DNA of 64,000 nt from Lama glama (lineage: Eukaryota), in NCBI GenBank assembly GCA_028534125.1, contig CM052816.1:18044001-18108000 (forward strand), given 5' to 3'. Both the position numbers and the translations under genes were made by a program. Position 1 is the first letter of the stretch; each line of letters starts with the position of its first letter. A model generated the notes under the pieces. That model saw only the letters and a program-made list of their open reading frames with translations, ran no database searches and was not told where the DNA came from. This document shows, piece by piece, positions 1-12,510 of this stretch.

Positions 1-89
1 ACACAGTAGTGGGGGGGTGTGCAGGAAGAGCGGTGTAAAACGGGGTTGGGGAAGCAGGTGGAGTCTTGACTCTGAAGGTAGTGTAAAAC

Positions 90-320
90 ATGCGAAGACT
101 TTTACCTTAGAGATGGTGGGCAACCACTACAGGGTTCTCAAGAGAGGAGTGACGGGATCCAATTCTTAGAGTTCATTCAGGCTGTGGTGTAGGACAGGAG
201 CGGGGTTGGAGATGTGGCAACAGGGTAAAGAAAACCAACCAGGAATGCTATGGCCATGCTCCCAGCAAGAAAGGAGCTCAGATCACAGCAGGGAAGGGAT
301 GTCTCTGTGCACCCTCAGAG
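90..320 (-). mobile_element. LINE-2 fragment
   Basis: gatggtgggcaaccactacagggttctcaagagaggagtgac resembles the L2 antisense motif gggaagccactggagggttttaagcaggggagtgac. Confidence 0.55.
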
Positions 321-700
321 AGCACAAACCTTCCGCTTTAGCTAACATATACAGAACATCAACAGTTGTCCAAGGGAACAAAATGGGAGAAGGTCCAGAG
401 ATGGTTTCTGCTCTGTCCTGACACACTCAACTCCTATGCAGTCTAAAAGGAAATTTTGCATTTGGTCCTATTTCCCCATTTGCATTTCACTGTTGTCTGA
501 GATAGTGAGAACTATTCTAAGAAGTATCTGTGATGGTTTCCACTTACAACCATTCACCACCTGATCATGACTCTCCTTTCATTTTAAAACAAGGTGGTTT
601 GTTTGCGTGGATAAGTTGCCTAAATAAAGAACCCCAGTGAGTCTCATTGGAAAACAGCTCTGTATGCCAAACAACAGTTTAATACTCCTTCAGTAGACGG

Positions 701-722
701 TCTCTCTCTCTCTCTCTCTCTC
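701..722. repeat. (TC)n microsatellite
   Basis: tctctctc... run seen directly. Confidence 0.95.
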
Positions 723-1054
723 CCCTAGGGAAACCATCTCAAAAACTGTCAGCCTCCTCTTGAGAGCTTTTCTGTTTATTTCTGAAGCAGATTATGTGCC
801 AGCAGCGCCCTCTCCTGGCATCTTGAAGTTATAGCTCAACATTCCCTTTTCCAAAGACCAAGGAGGTTTTTCTATAGGAAGAAGCCACTGTTAATATTAC
901 TTCTCTCTACCCAGAGACTGAAATTAACTACTTAATTATCGGGGAACAAGAGTTGTGGCTGGAATAGAGATCAAGGAGAAGGCTATTTTTCAATGGGTAG
1001 GGTAACGGGGACAGCTGAAGTATTAACCAAACAAAAAGCCTAAATGTGTGCTCC

Positions 1055-1207
1055 AGAGTTGGGTTCATGGGTCAGCATCGCCCCTTATCCACCATGACCC
1101 TGGACAGGTCATTTTCCCTTTGCTACCCTCACAGGACCCTCATGAGCATTAGACACAACATGCTTCTGAAAGCATCTGCACATAGTAAATGCTCAATATA
1201 TGTTATA
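1055..1207 (+). mobile_element. MIR SINE
   Basis: atgaccctggacaggtcattt ... gcacatagtaaatgctcaatatatgttat, the MIR core and 3' end. Confidence 0.65.
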
Positions 1208-1239
1208 TAAAAATCTGAAATTTCCCTAAAAGGGTATAA

Positions 1240-1915
1240 TTGATGCAATTCTTCTGGGAAAAAAATGGCTAGCAAGTATCATGAACCTTAAAATGTATGG
1301 ATCTTTTGAATCAATAGTTATATTTTTAGAATTTTTCCTAAGGAAAAATACACTGTGGAAAAAAATGAATGTACAAAGATGTTCATTATGGTGTTATACA
1401 TAATCCGAGTTATAAATAACCCAAAGGCCAAAAAACTAAGGAAACAGCCAGGTAAACTCGGCATATCCATACCATGTTTTCATGCTGCCCTTTAAAATCA
1501 AGGTTTATAAAAATTTGTTAATTAGTTTAAATATTTATGATGTTAAGAAGAACAGGCTGTATATTTTGTCAAGTGTAACATCAAAGTTGTAAATACAAAA
1601 AATAGGAAAACATTTTAAAATGGGATACAGAAAAATAGTTACCTTCAGATATCGCTGAGAGAAGTGAAAATTTGTAATGCCAATCTGGACAGCTTTTTAG
1701 ACACATTTGTTAAAATAAAAAGTATACATATGGCTTTATTCTTGGGTAATTACTCCAGAGAAAAATGAGCATCAGAAATGCACATAAGGATGCTTATCAA
1801 CACATTTTTACGATGGGAAAAACCAGAAACAACTTGCATGTGCATCCATAAGGAAATAATTGCATGAATTAGGATACGTGGGTCTGTCTGGATAGACCAG
1901 GAGATACTGTGGGTG
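1240..1915 (+). mobile_element. Old L1 (L1ME-type) 3' fragments
   Basis: Degenerate L1 3' motifs such as tgtacaaagatgttcattatgg and aaaaaccagaaacaacttgcatgtgcatc. Confidence 0.55.
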
Positions 1916-2037
1916 CAAAGAACATCCAAATCTCGATGCCTTAAGAAAACAAAAAAAAGCTTATTTCTCACTCACACTGTCTGCCTATCACTCTTAGGCT
2001 GTGGACTCAGCTCTGTGTCACCTGAGATCCAGGTGGG

Positions 2038-2363
2038 GCTGTGCTGTCCCAGATGGTAGCCGCTATCCACTGAGACTAAGACAGGGCTGCTGGGCCCTTG
2101 GGATGTGGCTGATTGGCACTGATATACAATGTAAGTTAAAATATGCACTGGATTTCAAAGGCATCGTATGAAAAATGTAAGGTATCTCAATAATGTTTAA
2201 TCTTGATTACATGATGAAGTGCTAACAGTTTAAATGTACTGGATAAATAACATATATTAACAAAATTAATTTGATCTGTTTTAAAGTTCTTTTTAAAATG
2301 TGGCTTTTAGAACATTTCAAATTACAGAGTAGCTAGTGTTACATTTTTACTGGAAAACACTAG
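2038..2363 (-). mobile_element. MER33-like hAT-Charlie DNA transposon, interrupting an MLT1-type LTR (~1920-2037 and ~2370-2560)
   Basis: Termini ctgtgctgtcc ... tggaaaacactag; internal tgtaagttaaaatatgcactggatttcaaag and aaaattaatttgatctgttt match the MER33 reverse complement. Confidence 0.75.
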
Positions 2364-2904
2364 TCTAAAACTTCCCTAGTCCCAAAGGCAGAGGAAAAGA
2401 GAGAGATGGAGAAGTTCTTGTTGGCTCTTAAAGCTCTTCCCTGGAAGTGACACATGTGACTTTGGTTTACATGTCCTTGCCTGAAGGAAAGTGCACTGGC
2501 ACACCAGAGTTTATTAAACTCAGTGAGGAACTGCAATCCTGTCAGGGCCCCAGAAGGAGAGCAAGAAGTAGGGTATCAGGAAACAGCCTTCCCATGGACC
2601 GCACCAGGGAACACCTTGCAGGGGGTTAAAACGGTATCAGCTCCACATGAGCTGACACAGAAAGAGTCCAAGACATATGACTGAGTGAAGAAGCAGGTTC
2701 ACCATACACACTGCATCATACCATTTATAACCCCCCAACACACACATACACAGAAAAAAACTGCACATTTGATGACAGCATATACATATAGGTAACTGCC
2801 TAGAAAAATGTCTGAAGGATATGGACCAAACTTAAACCAACAGTCACGTCTTTGCAGAGAGGGGTAGCATTATCCATAATGTTTGAATATCAGACCACAG
2901 GAAC

Positions 2905-3324
2905 ATGCTCCTGTTTAGGCTGGACGTCTGCTCTTCCAGATCAGCTCTCTACCCTTGTCCACCCTGCCCCATGCTGGGGAGGCTGACCATGCCAGTGGGC
3001 AACCATGCTCGCTGGTTTCAGGGGCCACAGGCAGGTAGAGAGAAGATGGAGGACAAGGTGTTTACTCCCTTCCCATGATGTCCCATCACCCCTCATCTTG
3101 TCAGGGGTCCTCCACCACTCAGTCCTCTCTCTGACTTGGGTTGGATCACTGTCTCCACCCTCCTCTTTAGGCTGAGGGTGGTGGTGGCATCTCACTGTCA
3201 CTAGACCCCAGGTGGTTCCCTTACACCCTACCACTTGCGTATTAGCAGTAACCTTACTACTCTCTCTTCAAATTTCTCAACAGAAGTGTATCACTCGTTT
3301 TTTGCTGGGGCTGTGAGTAATACC
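2905..3324 (+). mobile_element. LTR33-like ERVL LTR
   Basis: ccagatcagctctctaccc...; 3' end ctctcttcaaatt...tcgtttttgctggggctgtgagtaatac resembles LTR33. Confidence 0.55.
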
Positions 3325-4619
3325 ACACGTTACTTCTAAAATGAAAAACCTACAAAATAAAAATCACAGGAGAAAAAAACCAATGACAGAATTATGATAA
3401 AAATGTCAAAATTGTCTGCTGTACTCTCTTTAGCAGGAGGATTAGTTGTGAATTCTTTTCTATGCCATTGCACTTCTCTTTAGTTACTTCTTCTCTAATA
3501 AATATGACTTTGTTCATTTTAAAACAGTCTAAAATGCACAAAACCAGTAAACAGAAAAGGTTACTCTAAAATCGAGTTTGTTCAGAAACTGCTGACCTTT
3601 GTTTGATGAGACTGTGACTAACAGGGAGTAGGTCCTTTCTTATCTGGCAGAGAACGCACTGCATCTCTTGTAATATCGAGAAGGAAAGTTATGACTAGCA
3701 TTCACGGAAGGCTATCTTCTTCCCTGTGTGTGACTTGCTTGTGACCCACTGCTAACAGCTCCACCAGCCTGTTCTCATGGTGGTAGGGAGGGCAGCTTTC
3801 TGACACAAGGTGACTCTCATGTATACCCCCCCACAAGGAGAGACCAGTGCATCCCCAGTGTGGGAGTTTGCAAAGTCCACTTTCCACAGCCAAGGCACTC
3901 CACCATGTGGCCAGCTGAGCCAAGAAACATCTGGGACAGCAGCTGCCCAAGACAGGGCCTAATCTCATGCACCTGCCTGCTCCTCTGGTATGGGAGAAGG
4001 TACCACTTAGGACTAGGCCATTTGTGAAAAACTAACCTTCCTCTTTAGCACAAAAGAAATCTCATATGGTGTGCATCTTTATTTGTATAGAGTTCTTATT
4101 AGCAGAAGATCTGATTGGCCCAGAGAGCTTACGGATTTGGTTACAGCTTTCCTGTTACCTTAACTGTGACTGCTTTCAAACTAAACACAGTCTTCAGGGT
4201 CCAGGAGACCTTGGAATCTCATCAAAGCTCATCTTCCAATGACAGTTATTAGTCCCCCCAAATCAGGGTCTGCTTGGACTGAGAGTGCTTTCCCAAGAAG
4301 GCGCCTGCTGAGATGGTTCCATCTGGGACCTGAGTTCAAGTCCAGACTTTCTCAGTGTGGAGCTGACAGAAAACCACTTAAGCTCTCCTCTTCTGTGCCA
4401 AAGAGAAGTAATAGCTTCTATTCTGGTGGCAGTAAAGTACCTAGAGTATTTAGTGCCTCAAAATATGGGAAGACATTATTATCAGTGCTGAGAATCAGTG
4501 TCAGTAAGTAATGAGCCACAGCATTTCATCAAGAAGTGATTTCCCTATTTGCATCCTGCAGGTCTGTCCCCTCCATCTTCTAAGCTCTTGTGACAGTGCT
4601 TGGTTTCCTAGGATATTTA

Positions 4620-4985
4620 CTTTTTTAATCTAAAAAATAGTATTTTTATTATAGTAAATATATATAACATAAAGCTTACCAATATAAACCATTTTTTAAA
4701 GGGAACAATTCACTGGCATCAAGCACAGCCACAATGCTGTGCAACCATCACCACCATCTATCCCTGGAATTGTTTAATCATCCCAAACAGAAACTCTGCA
4801 ACTGTTAAAAAATAACTCTTCATTCTCCCCTCCTCCCTCTCCCTCAGCGATCTCTGCGCTGCTTGCTTTTTCTATGTATGTGACTATTCTAGGTCTCTCA
4901 TCTAAGTGGCATCATGGAATATTTGTCCTCCTGTGTCTGCTTTATTTTATTTAGCATGTTTTCAAGGTTCATCCACATTGTAGCA
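4620..4985 (-). mobile_element. L1MB-type 3' end with diverged TSD
   Basis: tatatataacataaagcttacc ... tgtgcaaccatcaccacc ... aaggttcatccacattgtagca; flanked by tcctaggatattta (4606) and tcctaggatgcttta (4986). Confidence 0.85.
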
Positions 4986-5257
4986 TCCTAGGATGCTTTA
5001 AGTCAGGCCAATGTAACTGAATTGTAGCAACTTCTTTGTGCCGATGCTAAGGGCAAGGCAGTGAGCCTATTGGCCCTGCCTCATGTGGCTTCCTCCCCCT
5101 TGATGTGGCCTCACCCCTGCAGCCCATCATCACAGAGTGGGCAGAGGCAGGACTCAGTCCTAGCCTCTGACTCAAACCCAGATTCGTTCCATTCTCCCAT
5201 GATGCTCATGAAGTGCTAGACAGTTTACTTGGTATTTTTTATACATTCTCTTTTCAT

Positions 5258-5530
5258 CAGTATGGGCTTTAGAGTCAGACAGAAATGGATGTGGTTTGAA
5301 GCTTTAGCTTTGCCACCTACCAGCTCATCTTCAAATAAGGCATGAAATTGCAGTGTCTAGCACATAGCAAGCACCTGTAAGTATTAGCTATGTTTTTATT
5401 CATTCATCAAATGCCCATCTCCTAGATGTAACCCTGAAGGCTCCATGAAGCAGGGACCATGCTTGTCTTGATACCACAACAGCCCCCAGTAGCAGCATGG
5501 TGCCTGGCAGGCAGTGCTGACTAAATGACA
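5258..5530 (+). mobile_element. MIR followed by L2 3' end
   Basis: gggctttagagtcagacaga...; ctagatgtaaccctgaaggctccatgaagcagggaccatg...gtgcctggca. Confidence 0.65.
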
Positions 5531-6194
5531 GCACAGCCGAGGCCCAGAGCTGGGCTGTGATTCCTGAGTCTGAACTCTCCCTGTGGCGACTGCTCACTGT
5601 CTCTCCAGGGGTCTCCAGCCACCCCATGGGAGACAAACAGTCTAGCAACAATGGCCACAAAATGTGACACTAGCCACTCTTTTTTGACTCATGGGTCAAA
5701 GATGCTGCCTTGGAAGCTTAGATGAGAAAGAAGTTCACGGTGCTTGACTTTGGTCCCTGCTGTGATGTAGATGAAGAAGGGCTTAAACCTCACTGACTCT
5801 GTGCTGCCAGTAACTTGTACACTGGCTTAAGCAAAGAGGAATTTCTGCAATGGTAAAATCAGCAGAGAAGAAAGGGTGAACCAACCTAAGAGACAGGGAG
5901 GGTCCAGGCAGAAGAATGCAGAGAGGAAGGGTACTTGATCATCTCCCACTAGCTTTGCCTCTGCTGTGATTCTTCTGTGTTGTTTGTGGCTTCAGCATCT
6001 CCAGGCCTTGTGCCTCAGTTTCCTCACCTGTAAAATAGGACATAAAATTTTTTCTTATATCTTTCTAAGTATGTTTTACTCTAATTCTATCAAGCTTGAG
6101 GACCACCTCATAGAGGCAAAGGCAGAGGATTCACATGTGCTTGAAAAAAGGAATGGTGAAGGCCCATTAATTTATTTGGTAAGTATTTACATTC

Positions 6195-6281
6195 TTTTTT
6201 TTTTTACACGGAGGTATCAGAGGTTGAACCCAGGACTTTGTGCATGTCAAGCATGCACTCTACCACTGAAACCCACTCCCC
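6195..6281 (-). mobile_element. tRNA-derived SINE (camelid Vic-1-like)
   Basis: Reverse complement ggggagtgggtttcagtggtagagtgcatgcttgacatgcacaaagtcctgggttcaacctctgatacctccgtgt + A11, with A/B-box-like motifs. 16-bp TSD 13/16 identical (6174-6189 vs 6282-6297). Inserted in an L2 3' end. Confidence 0.85.
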
Positions 6282-6909
6282 ATTTGGAATGTGTTTAATG
6301 ACTACCTATGATGTGTCAGGCATGGTGCCAGGCACACGGAGGCCAGTAAGATAGTGCCCTTGCCCTCAAGGACTCACTGTTTAGCAGTTTTCATTGAAAA
6401 GGAATACACCTACCACAGAGGTTACTGTGTGACTTCAATATCCTTCCACAAACCACCAGGGGGAAAGATAAGCAAAGTCACTCTGGAGTCGGAACAGGAA
6501 ATCTTAAAGAACCAACTACTCCCAATAGAGAAGTCTGGGACATGCTATCGGCAGACGAACTTTTTTTGCCCTTTCATGAAACGGATTTTAATTCCACAGA
6601 AAAAGTAATAATGATATAATGGGTGACAATTAGGAGTATTAAGATCTGTCACTTGGAGAGTGATAGTGCCCTGAAAGTATCCAATGTGCACTAGGCAAAG
6701 GGGGCTGTGAGCAAGGGCAGGGAGTCGGCAGGCAGGGCCCCTGTGTGGAAAGACAGGGCCACCACTGGGCTACACGGGGTGCTGGGCTGTGGGTCTATCA
6801 GGCTGAAAAGCAAGTCCATTATCTCCATCTATGAAATGGTGGGACAGGCCAGACTAAGTAAGATTATTGAAAGAGTGAGACAAACCAGTGGAAAGAGACA
6901 ATGAGTTTG

Positions 6910-7035
6910 GTGCCAGAAGGATGTGAGTTCTGATCTGATCCTAATAACTAGTAGCTGTGTGTCCTTGAGCAAGTTATGCAACCATTTAGTACCGGTTTGT
7001 GTCTATAAATGGGAATGTCAGTAACTACTGACCTC
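6910..7035 (+). mobile_element. MIR SINE
   Basis: actagtagctgtgtgtccttgagcaagttatgcaacc...tctataaatggg. Confidence 0.65.
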
Positions 7036-7124
7036 ACTTATTAAAAGGATATCCTGGGGCCTGATCAAGGTACAAACTCAGTAGGCAGTTTTATATACAT
7101 ATATACTAGATCATCTCTGATATA

Positions 7125-7435
7125 CACACAGGACTGTGGAAACTGGCAAGTCCTGCAGGGTAGGCTGGAGGCCCAGGGAAGAGCTGTGATTTGAGTTCAA
7201 AGGCTGTCTGCCGGCAGAAATCCCCTCTTCTTCTGGGGAGGCCAGTCTTCTAATAAGGCCGTCCTCTGATTGGATAAGGCCCACTCACATTCAGAGGGGT
7301 AATGTGCTTTACTCAAAACTACTAATTTGTTACTATCATCTGAAAAATACCTTCCCAGAAACATCTAGAATAATGTTTGGCTAAATATCTGGGTACCATG
7401 GTTCAGTCAAGTTGTCACATAAATTAACCATCACA
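7125..7435 (-). mobile_element. MLT2 (ERVL) LTR
   Basis: ctgattggataaggcccactcacatt...aagttgtcacataaattaaccatcaca terminus. Confidence 0.8.
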
Positions 7436-7439
7436 ATCT

Positions 7440-10020
7440 TCCTAGCTGATTGAAACTTTCATCACTATGATGTGTCTCTCTTGATCTTCAGTAATGCCTT
7501 TTTGCCTTAAAATCTCCTTTGTCTGATAACAGTACTGGTATACAGCTTTTCTTTTGCACAGCTGCCTTAGTCCATTCAGGCTTCTGTAACAAAATGCCAC
7601 AGACTGGATGGCTTAAACACAGCAGCAATTTTACCGCTCACAATTCTGCAGGCTAAAATCTGAGACTGGAGGGTCAGCATGGTTGAAGGAAGGCCCTCTT
7701 CCAGGTCACAGACTTCTCACTGCATCCTCATGTGGTTCAAGGGCTGAAGGATCTCTCTGAAGCCTCATTTGTAAGGGCACTAATCTCATTTATGAGGGCT
7801 CCACCCTCATGACCTAATCACCTCCCAGGGCTCTCACCTCCAAATACCATCACCTTCCTGAGTTAGGATTTCAGTCGATCAATTTTGAGGGCCACAAATA
7901 TTCAGACCATAGCAATACTCCTTACATAGTCTATATTTTTTCATATTTTTACTTTTAATCTTTCTTTATCCTTATGTATTAAAGTGTCTCATGTGACAAA
8001 TAATTTTTGAAAAAAATTTCACCTAGTCTGACAATCTTTGTCATTTAATTGACATATTTAGTTTGGTCATATTTAAGGTGATTGCTGGCATATGTGGATT
8101 TAATCTACTATATATCTATGTGTTTTCTATTTATTTCATCTATTCTACAATCTTTTTTCTCTCTATTGTTTTAGTTTCTCTTTAGGGTAATTCCTTTTTA
8201 TTGTTTTATTTTTCTCTTACCTTTTTTACTATCCTTTTATTTATCATCCTAAATATTAAAATATTGGTTAGTATTTTCATATATATATGAAATACTATAT
8301 TATATATATTATATATATATATTTTTTTTATACTCCTTGGACAACACAAAGACCTTAAAATATTTAATCTCCAGTTTAACTGCAACATTTTAACTCTGTC
8401 TTGCCTATTGGATATTTTTGTTATTTATTATGCATGTATTATAATTTTATGTTTTACACAATTAAAATATTTTAATAAATATGTATACATATATGAGAGT
8501 GTTTACAGGCACAGATACTTAAGGTTCACAAGACAGTATTATGATTATTATTTAATGAAAACTTTTTAAGATTTAACTACATTTTACTTCTCATTATCCA
8601 ACTACTACTATCCCTCCTAAAGTTAACCTCTGTTCTGATTCCATTCACTATAAATCTATGATGATTTTGTTTCTTTTTTTGTATTTTATGACTTTATGGA
8701 CTCAAAAATATATGCCCTTTTTGTGTCTGGCTTCTTTTGCTCAGTGTTATGCTTAGAGATGAAAAATGTTCTTGTAATAATTATAAATTGCTCATCCTAC
8801 AGCTGTATAATATTCCACAGTGTGACTCTATCACAATCTCTTTGTCCACACTTTTTTTTTTTGACACTGTACCCAGATCTTTTGATTTTTTTTTAAATGG
8901 GAACTATTATGATGTACTTAGGTGTGGTTTTCTGTATACTTTCTTACTTTGGGTTTGCAGAGCTGCTGGGATATAAAAACAAGTGAACCTTGAGAGATCC
9001 AAGATTTCTAAGAGACAGGAAACCCAGAGAGGTGAGTCTAATGTTTGTAAAGGCTTTCTCCCTGAAACATTTAGAAATCAGAAAGCTGTGACAAAGATGG
9101 AAAAGATAAGCAGAATGCAGTAGGTGACAAGCTGAGAATCTGAGCAGAGATTTTATCTGTCTCACAGGATTGTGGGGCTTGCCAAATAGAGGGGGCCTTG
9201 GTAAATAATCCCAGAATTTCCGTCTTGACCCCTTTGCCCCCAAAGACTTCACACTGGATTAAGCTAACTCCATAAAGAATGAAGCTCAGTCCACACCTGC
9301 ATTAAGATGATTTGCCCTCAGGCTAGCTGCCTGCTAGAAGTCACAGCAAATCCTCTCTGGAGGAGGATAATGTTATCCAGAGCCTCACATGATTGCTCCA
9401 GTTGTTTAAATGCCAAGCCTCAACTCAGTCAGAATCAACCAGACATAACAGAACATGAGATATGACCCCAAATAAAATCAACTGGACAACAGAAACAAAC
9501 TCATGGGAGATCCAGATATTGGAGTTGTCAGTTAGGAACTTTAATAGGGCCATCATTCATGTGCTCAAAGCATTAAAAAATCAGATGGAGACTTACAGAA
9601 GGAAGCTATAAAACACAGAAAGAATAAAACAGAAATTCAAGAACTGAAAAATATAATAACTGAAATAAAGATCTGATATAGTTAAAGAGAGTTAATAAAC
9701 CAGAACATAGATCAGAAGAACATATCAAGACTGAAGCACAGAGAGAAAAAATGCCAAATACAGAAGAGAGTATAGGAAACATATATACATACAATTTGAG
9801 TCCCAGAAACTGAGATGGTAAAGAATGGACCAGAAGCAGCATTTGAAGAGTTAATGGCTAAAAATTTTCCAAAATTGATGAAAGAAATCAAGCCCATTTT
9901 TCTCTCTCTCTTCTAACATCTTCAGCAGATATTTTTCAAATATTTTTTCAGCCTTTTTAACTGTGGGGGAAAGGTTGGCCTGAAATATGCTAGCCTGATA
10001 TTTCCAGAAGCAGAATTTCA
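7440..10020 (-). mobile_element. Ancient L1 (L1ME/HAL1-type 5' UTR, ORF1, start of ORF2), fragmented, with an internal segment (8976-9897) inverted to the + strand
   Basis: 5' terminus on minus strand at ~9900-10020; 5' UTR/ORF1 on plus strand at 8976-9897 (gagatccagatattggagttgtcag; atggctaaaaattttccaaaattgatgaaag); ORF1 continues on minus strand at 8900-8975; endonuclease-region remnants at 7440-7560 and 7915-8150. Confidence 0.7.
7563..7914 (-). mobile_element. MLT1A-type MaLR solo LTR inserted in old L1
   Basis: tgccttagtccattcaggcttctgtaacaaaatgccacagactgg ... atgagggctccaccctcatgacctaatcacctccc ... cagaccatagca. Confidence 0.85.
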
Positions 10021-12294
10021 CTACCAGATGCTTTTATCTTGGTCAGTGTGACAGCATAAGTGATTAGCTCATCACTGTCCTCTCCTCGTGTCTAACACTA
10101 GCACTAAAACAGTGCAGAAGTCCACCTTCAAGTGGCTGGGAAACTAAACCACTGTGTTTAAAAGTGACCAGAGGTCATTTTTACATCTGAAAGTGTCTAC
10201 ATAAGTTATAAGACCCAACCTAGGTTTAAGCAATGTGTATGTGTTGGGAAGGGGACCAAAAAAACCAAAAACTAGCTCACCAAGCAGGTATGAAAGGGCA
10301 AGATTTGGGAGAGAGTTGTTTTATGATTGTATCCTGTCAAATTCTGCTCTTTCAACAAATTGCTTGCATACCCGTAGCAATGAGAACAAAAAAAATCACA
10401 ATTAATATTGCAACAAATTATCCTTCCATTCACTGATAAGTTGGTTGATTCAATAAATATGATTTAACACCTAACATGAGCCAAACTCTGTCAAGTCCTT
10501 GGAACAAAGTTGTGAGTGACAAGAACCCAGTCTTTCCTCTCTCCTAAAGGATCCTAAGGGATATAAAGGGATCAAGGGGCAAAGTTTGAATTAAGGACTC
10601 TGGCTGTGGAGTCACAAAGAAGTAACTTCCTGCCCTCAGGGACTTGAAAGATAATGATATAATGTAGAGAACAAAAAAAATACAATTTATTTTTTTCCCA
10701 ATATTATACAAGAAAATGAACATCTGCTACAAGTGAATCAATAAATAAATGAACAAGATGATTAATCTTTGCGATGCTGTCTCTCACTGCGGTGGGCTGA
10801 GCCTGCCTTTCCTCTCTGGCCTCCAGTTTCCTACCTATATAAGGGTTGATGAAGTTCACTAAATTATCTCTAATGGTAATTCAGTTCTGAAATTTTTTGT
10901 TTTCCATGACTATAAAATCTAGGGCTAGTGGTGAGAAGGCATTTTTAGGTTCAGTAAGTTCTTAACGCTCTGAGACACTGGAGGGCAGTAAAACCACACT
11001 CATTTAAAGAATGAACATCCTGTGGCTGTGGATTCCAACAGCAAAAAAAGGCTCTTGCTAAAACGCATGCTTTCTTCCTGCCTAGGCTGACTGCCCTGAC
11101 TACCACAAATGGACTTTGTATCTCTGACAGGTCAATTTCATAACCATTTTCCCACTCTTATTCTTCATTGCAGTGACTGTTTTCACAACAGATATTTAGA
11201 ACTCCTGATTTAGAAGCAGAGCAGAGCATTTGAAATTGGAACTATGCTATGAAATCCCTGACATAATGTCGTTAGATCTAAGAGCGTCTTGGGTCTGATT
11301 GCAGCCCCTTCTGGTTCAACTCATGTATTGAGTCAGAGTGGAAATAACAAACTTAACATACTGTGCATCAAATCCTCATTTGTGTGAAAGTGACAGAGAG
11401 AGGGCCAAAATAAAAGCATTTTAGGGATGACCTGATATCCATCATGCTGACAGCCAGCACCCGGTGGTCACAGAGCCGAGGCCAGGAACCTCATTGGTGA
11501 GTGTGCAGCAAAATCAGAAATCAGAGAAAGGATGGTTCTGGGAGCTGGTAACAGTGAAAATGTTCCTTCTCTGTTAAAAAAATTTTTTAAAAAGTTCAAA
11601 TACAGCAGGGATTATTTTGATTCAAAACCAAGGGAAACATTCCCTTATTCTGAGGCCTCAGGTACCATGGGCAGAGGTTTACATCACCCATCAAGAGAGT
11701 GCAAGGCCCCACCTACTCAGTGTGTGGATGGTAGATTATGGCCTACCAAGGGGTGGTTTAAGTGAACTCTCACAGCAAGCCTATGAAGGTCTATGATATA
11801 CTGACTTCAAGTCTTGGTCCAAGATAATAACTCCTGAAACTGAAAGTCAAGGTTTAGGGAAAAAGTGATTAGGGGGCGACCAGCTGGTATAGAGTTCTTG
11901 CTCACATGGTTCCCAGAATGTACTGAAGTGGTCCTCGCAAACCCAGGATGAGTAAGCTCCAGCCGGCCACGATTCTGAGATGTGGAAAACCACTGTGCCT
12001 CTAGAACATACACTTTCAGACAAGGGTCTTTACTTAGCAGGTCAGCATCTTTTCTCCTGTACTCTAATCCTTCTATCACCCACAAGGTTCAAGGTCACTG
12101 AGGGGCTGGTAGGTTTCTGTGTGACCAAATCTATCACCTTGGCTTTATTAAGGGACCGAAGGCTATCTTAGACAACCTGATATTCCCACCTTTGTCTTAT
12201 CAAACCCTGCACTTCTGCCCTCTCCTATTAGTGAAGATGAGCTTTTCAATTAGTTGAGATCATTCAGAGGGCAAGGGAGGGGAACTTATGCATA

Positions 12295-12510
12295 TCTTAC
12301 ATGCATTATGAACCAGATAGTAAGAATGCTCCTTCTAGCACATAACTTTATTCAATTCTCAAAAACACCCTTGTTAGGGAGAGATCATCATTCCCATTTT
12401 ACAGATGCATAAACTGAGGTTCAAAAATGCTAAGAAACTGGTCAAGGGTCAAAGAAAATCTAAGCCCCAAAGCCAAAATTAAAAACATGATGGGTTTGAT
12501 TCTACCATAC
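12295..12510 (-). mobile_element. MIR SINE
   Basis: attcccattttacagatgcataaactgaggttca core. Confidence 0.7.

Noticed and set aside
6195..6281. Possible tRNA gene
   Set aside because: Has a poly(A) tail, a TSD and a degraded acceptor stem; it is a tRNA-derived SINE.
8976..9897. Twin-priming explanation for the inverted L1 segment
   Set aside because: The element's 5' terminus is still present beyond 9897 in the original orientation, which twin priming would not produce.
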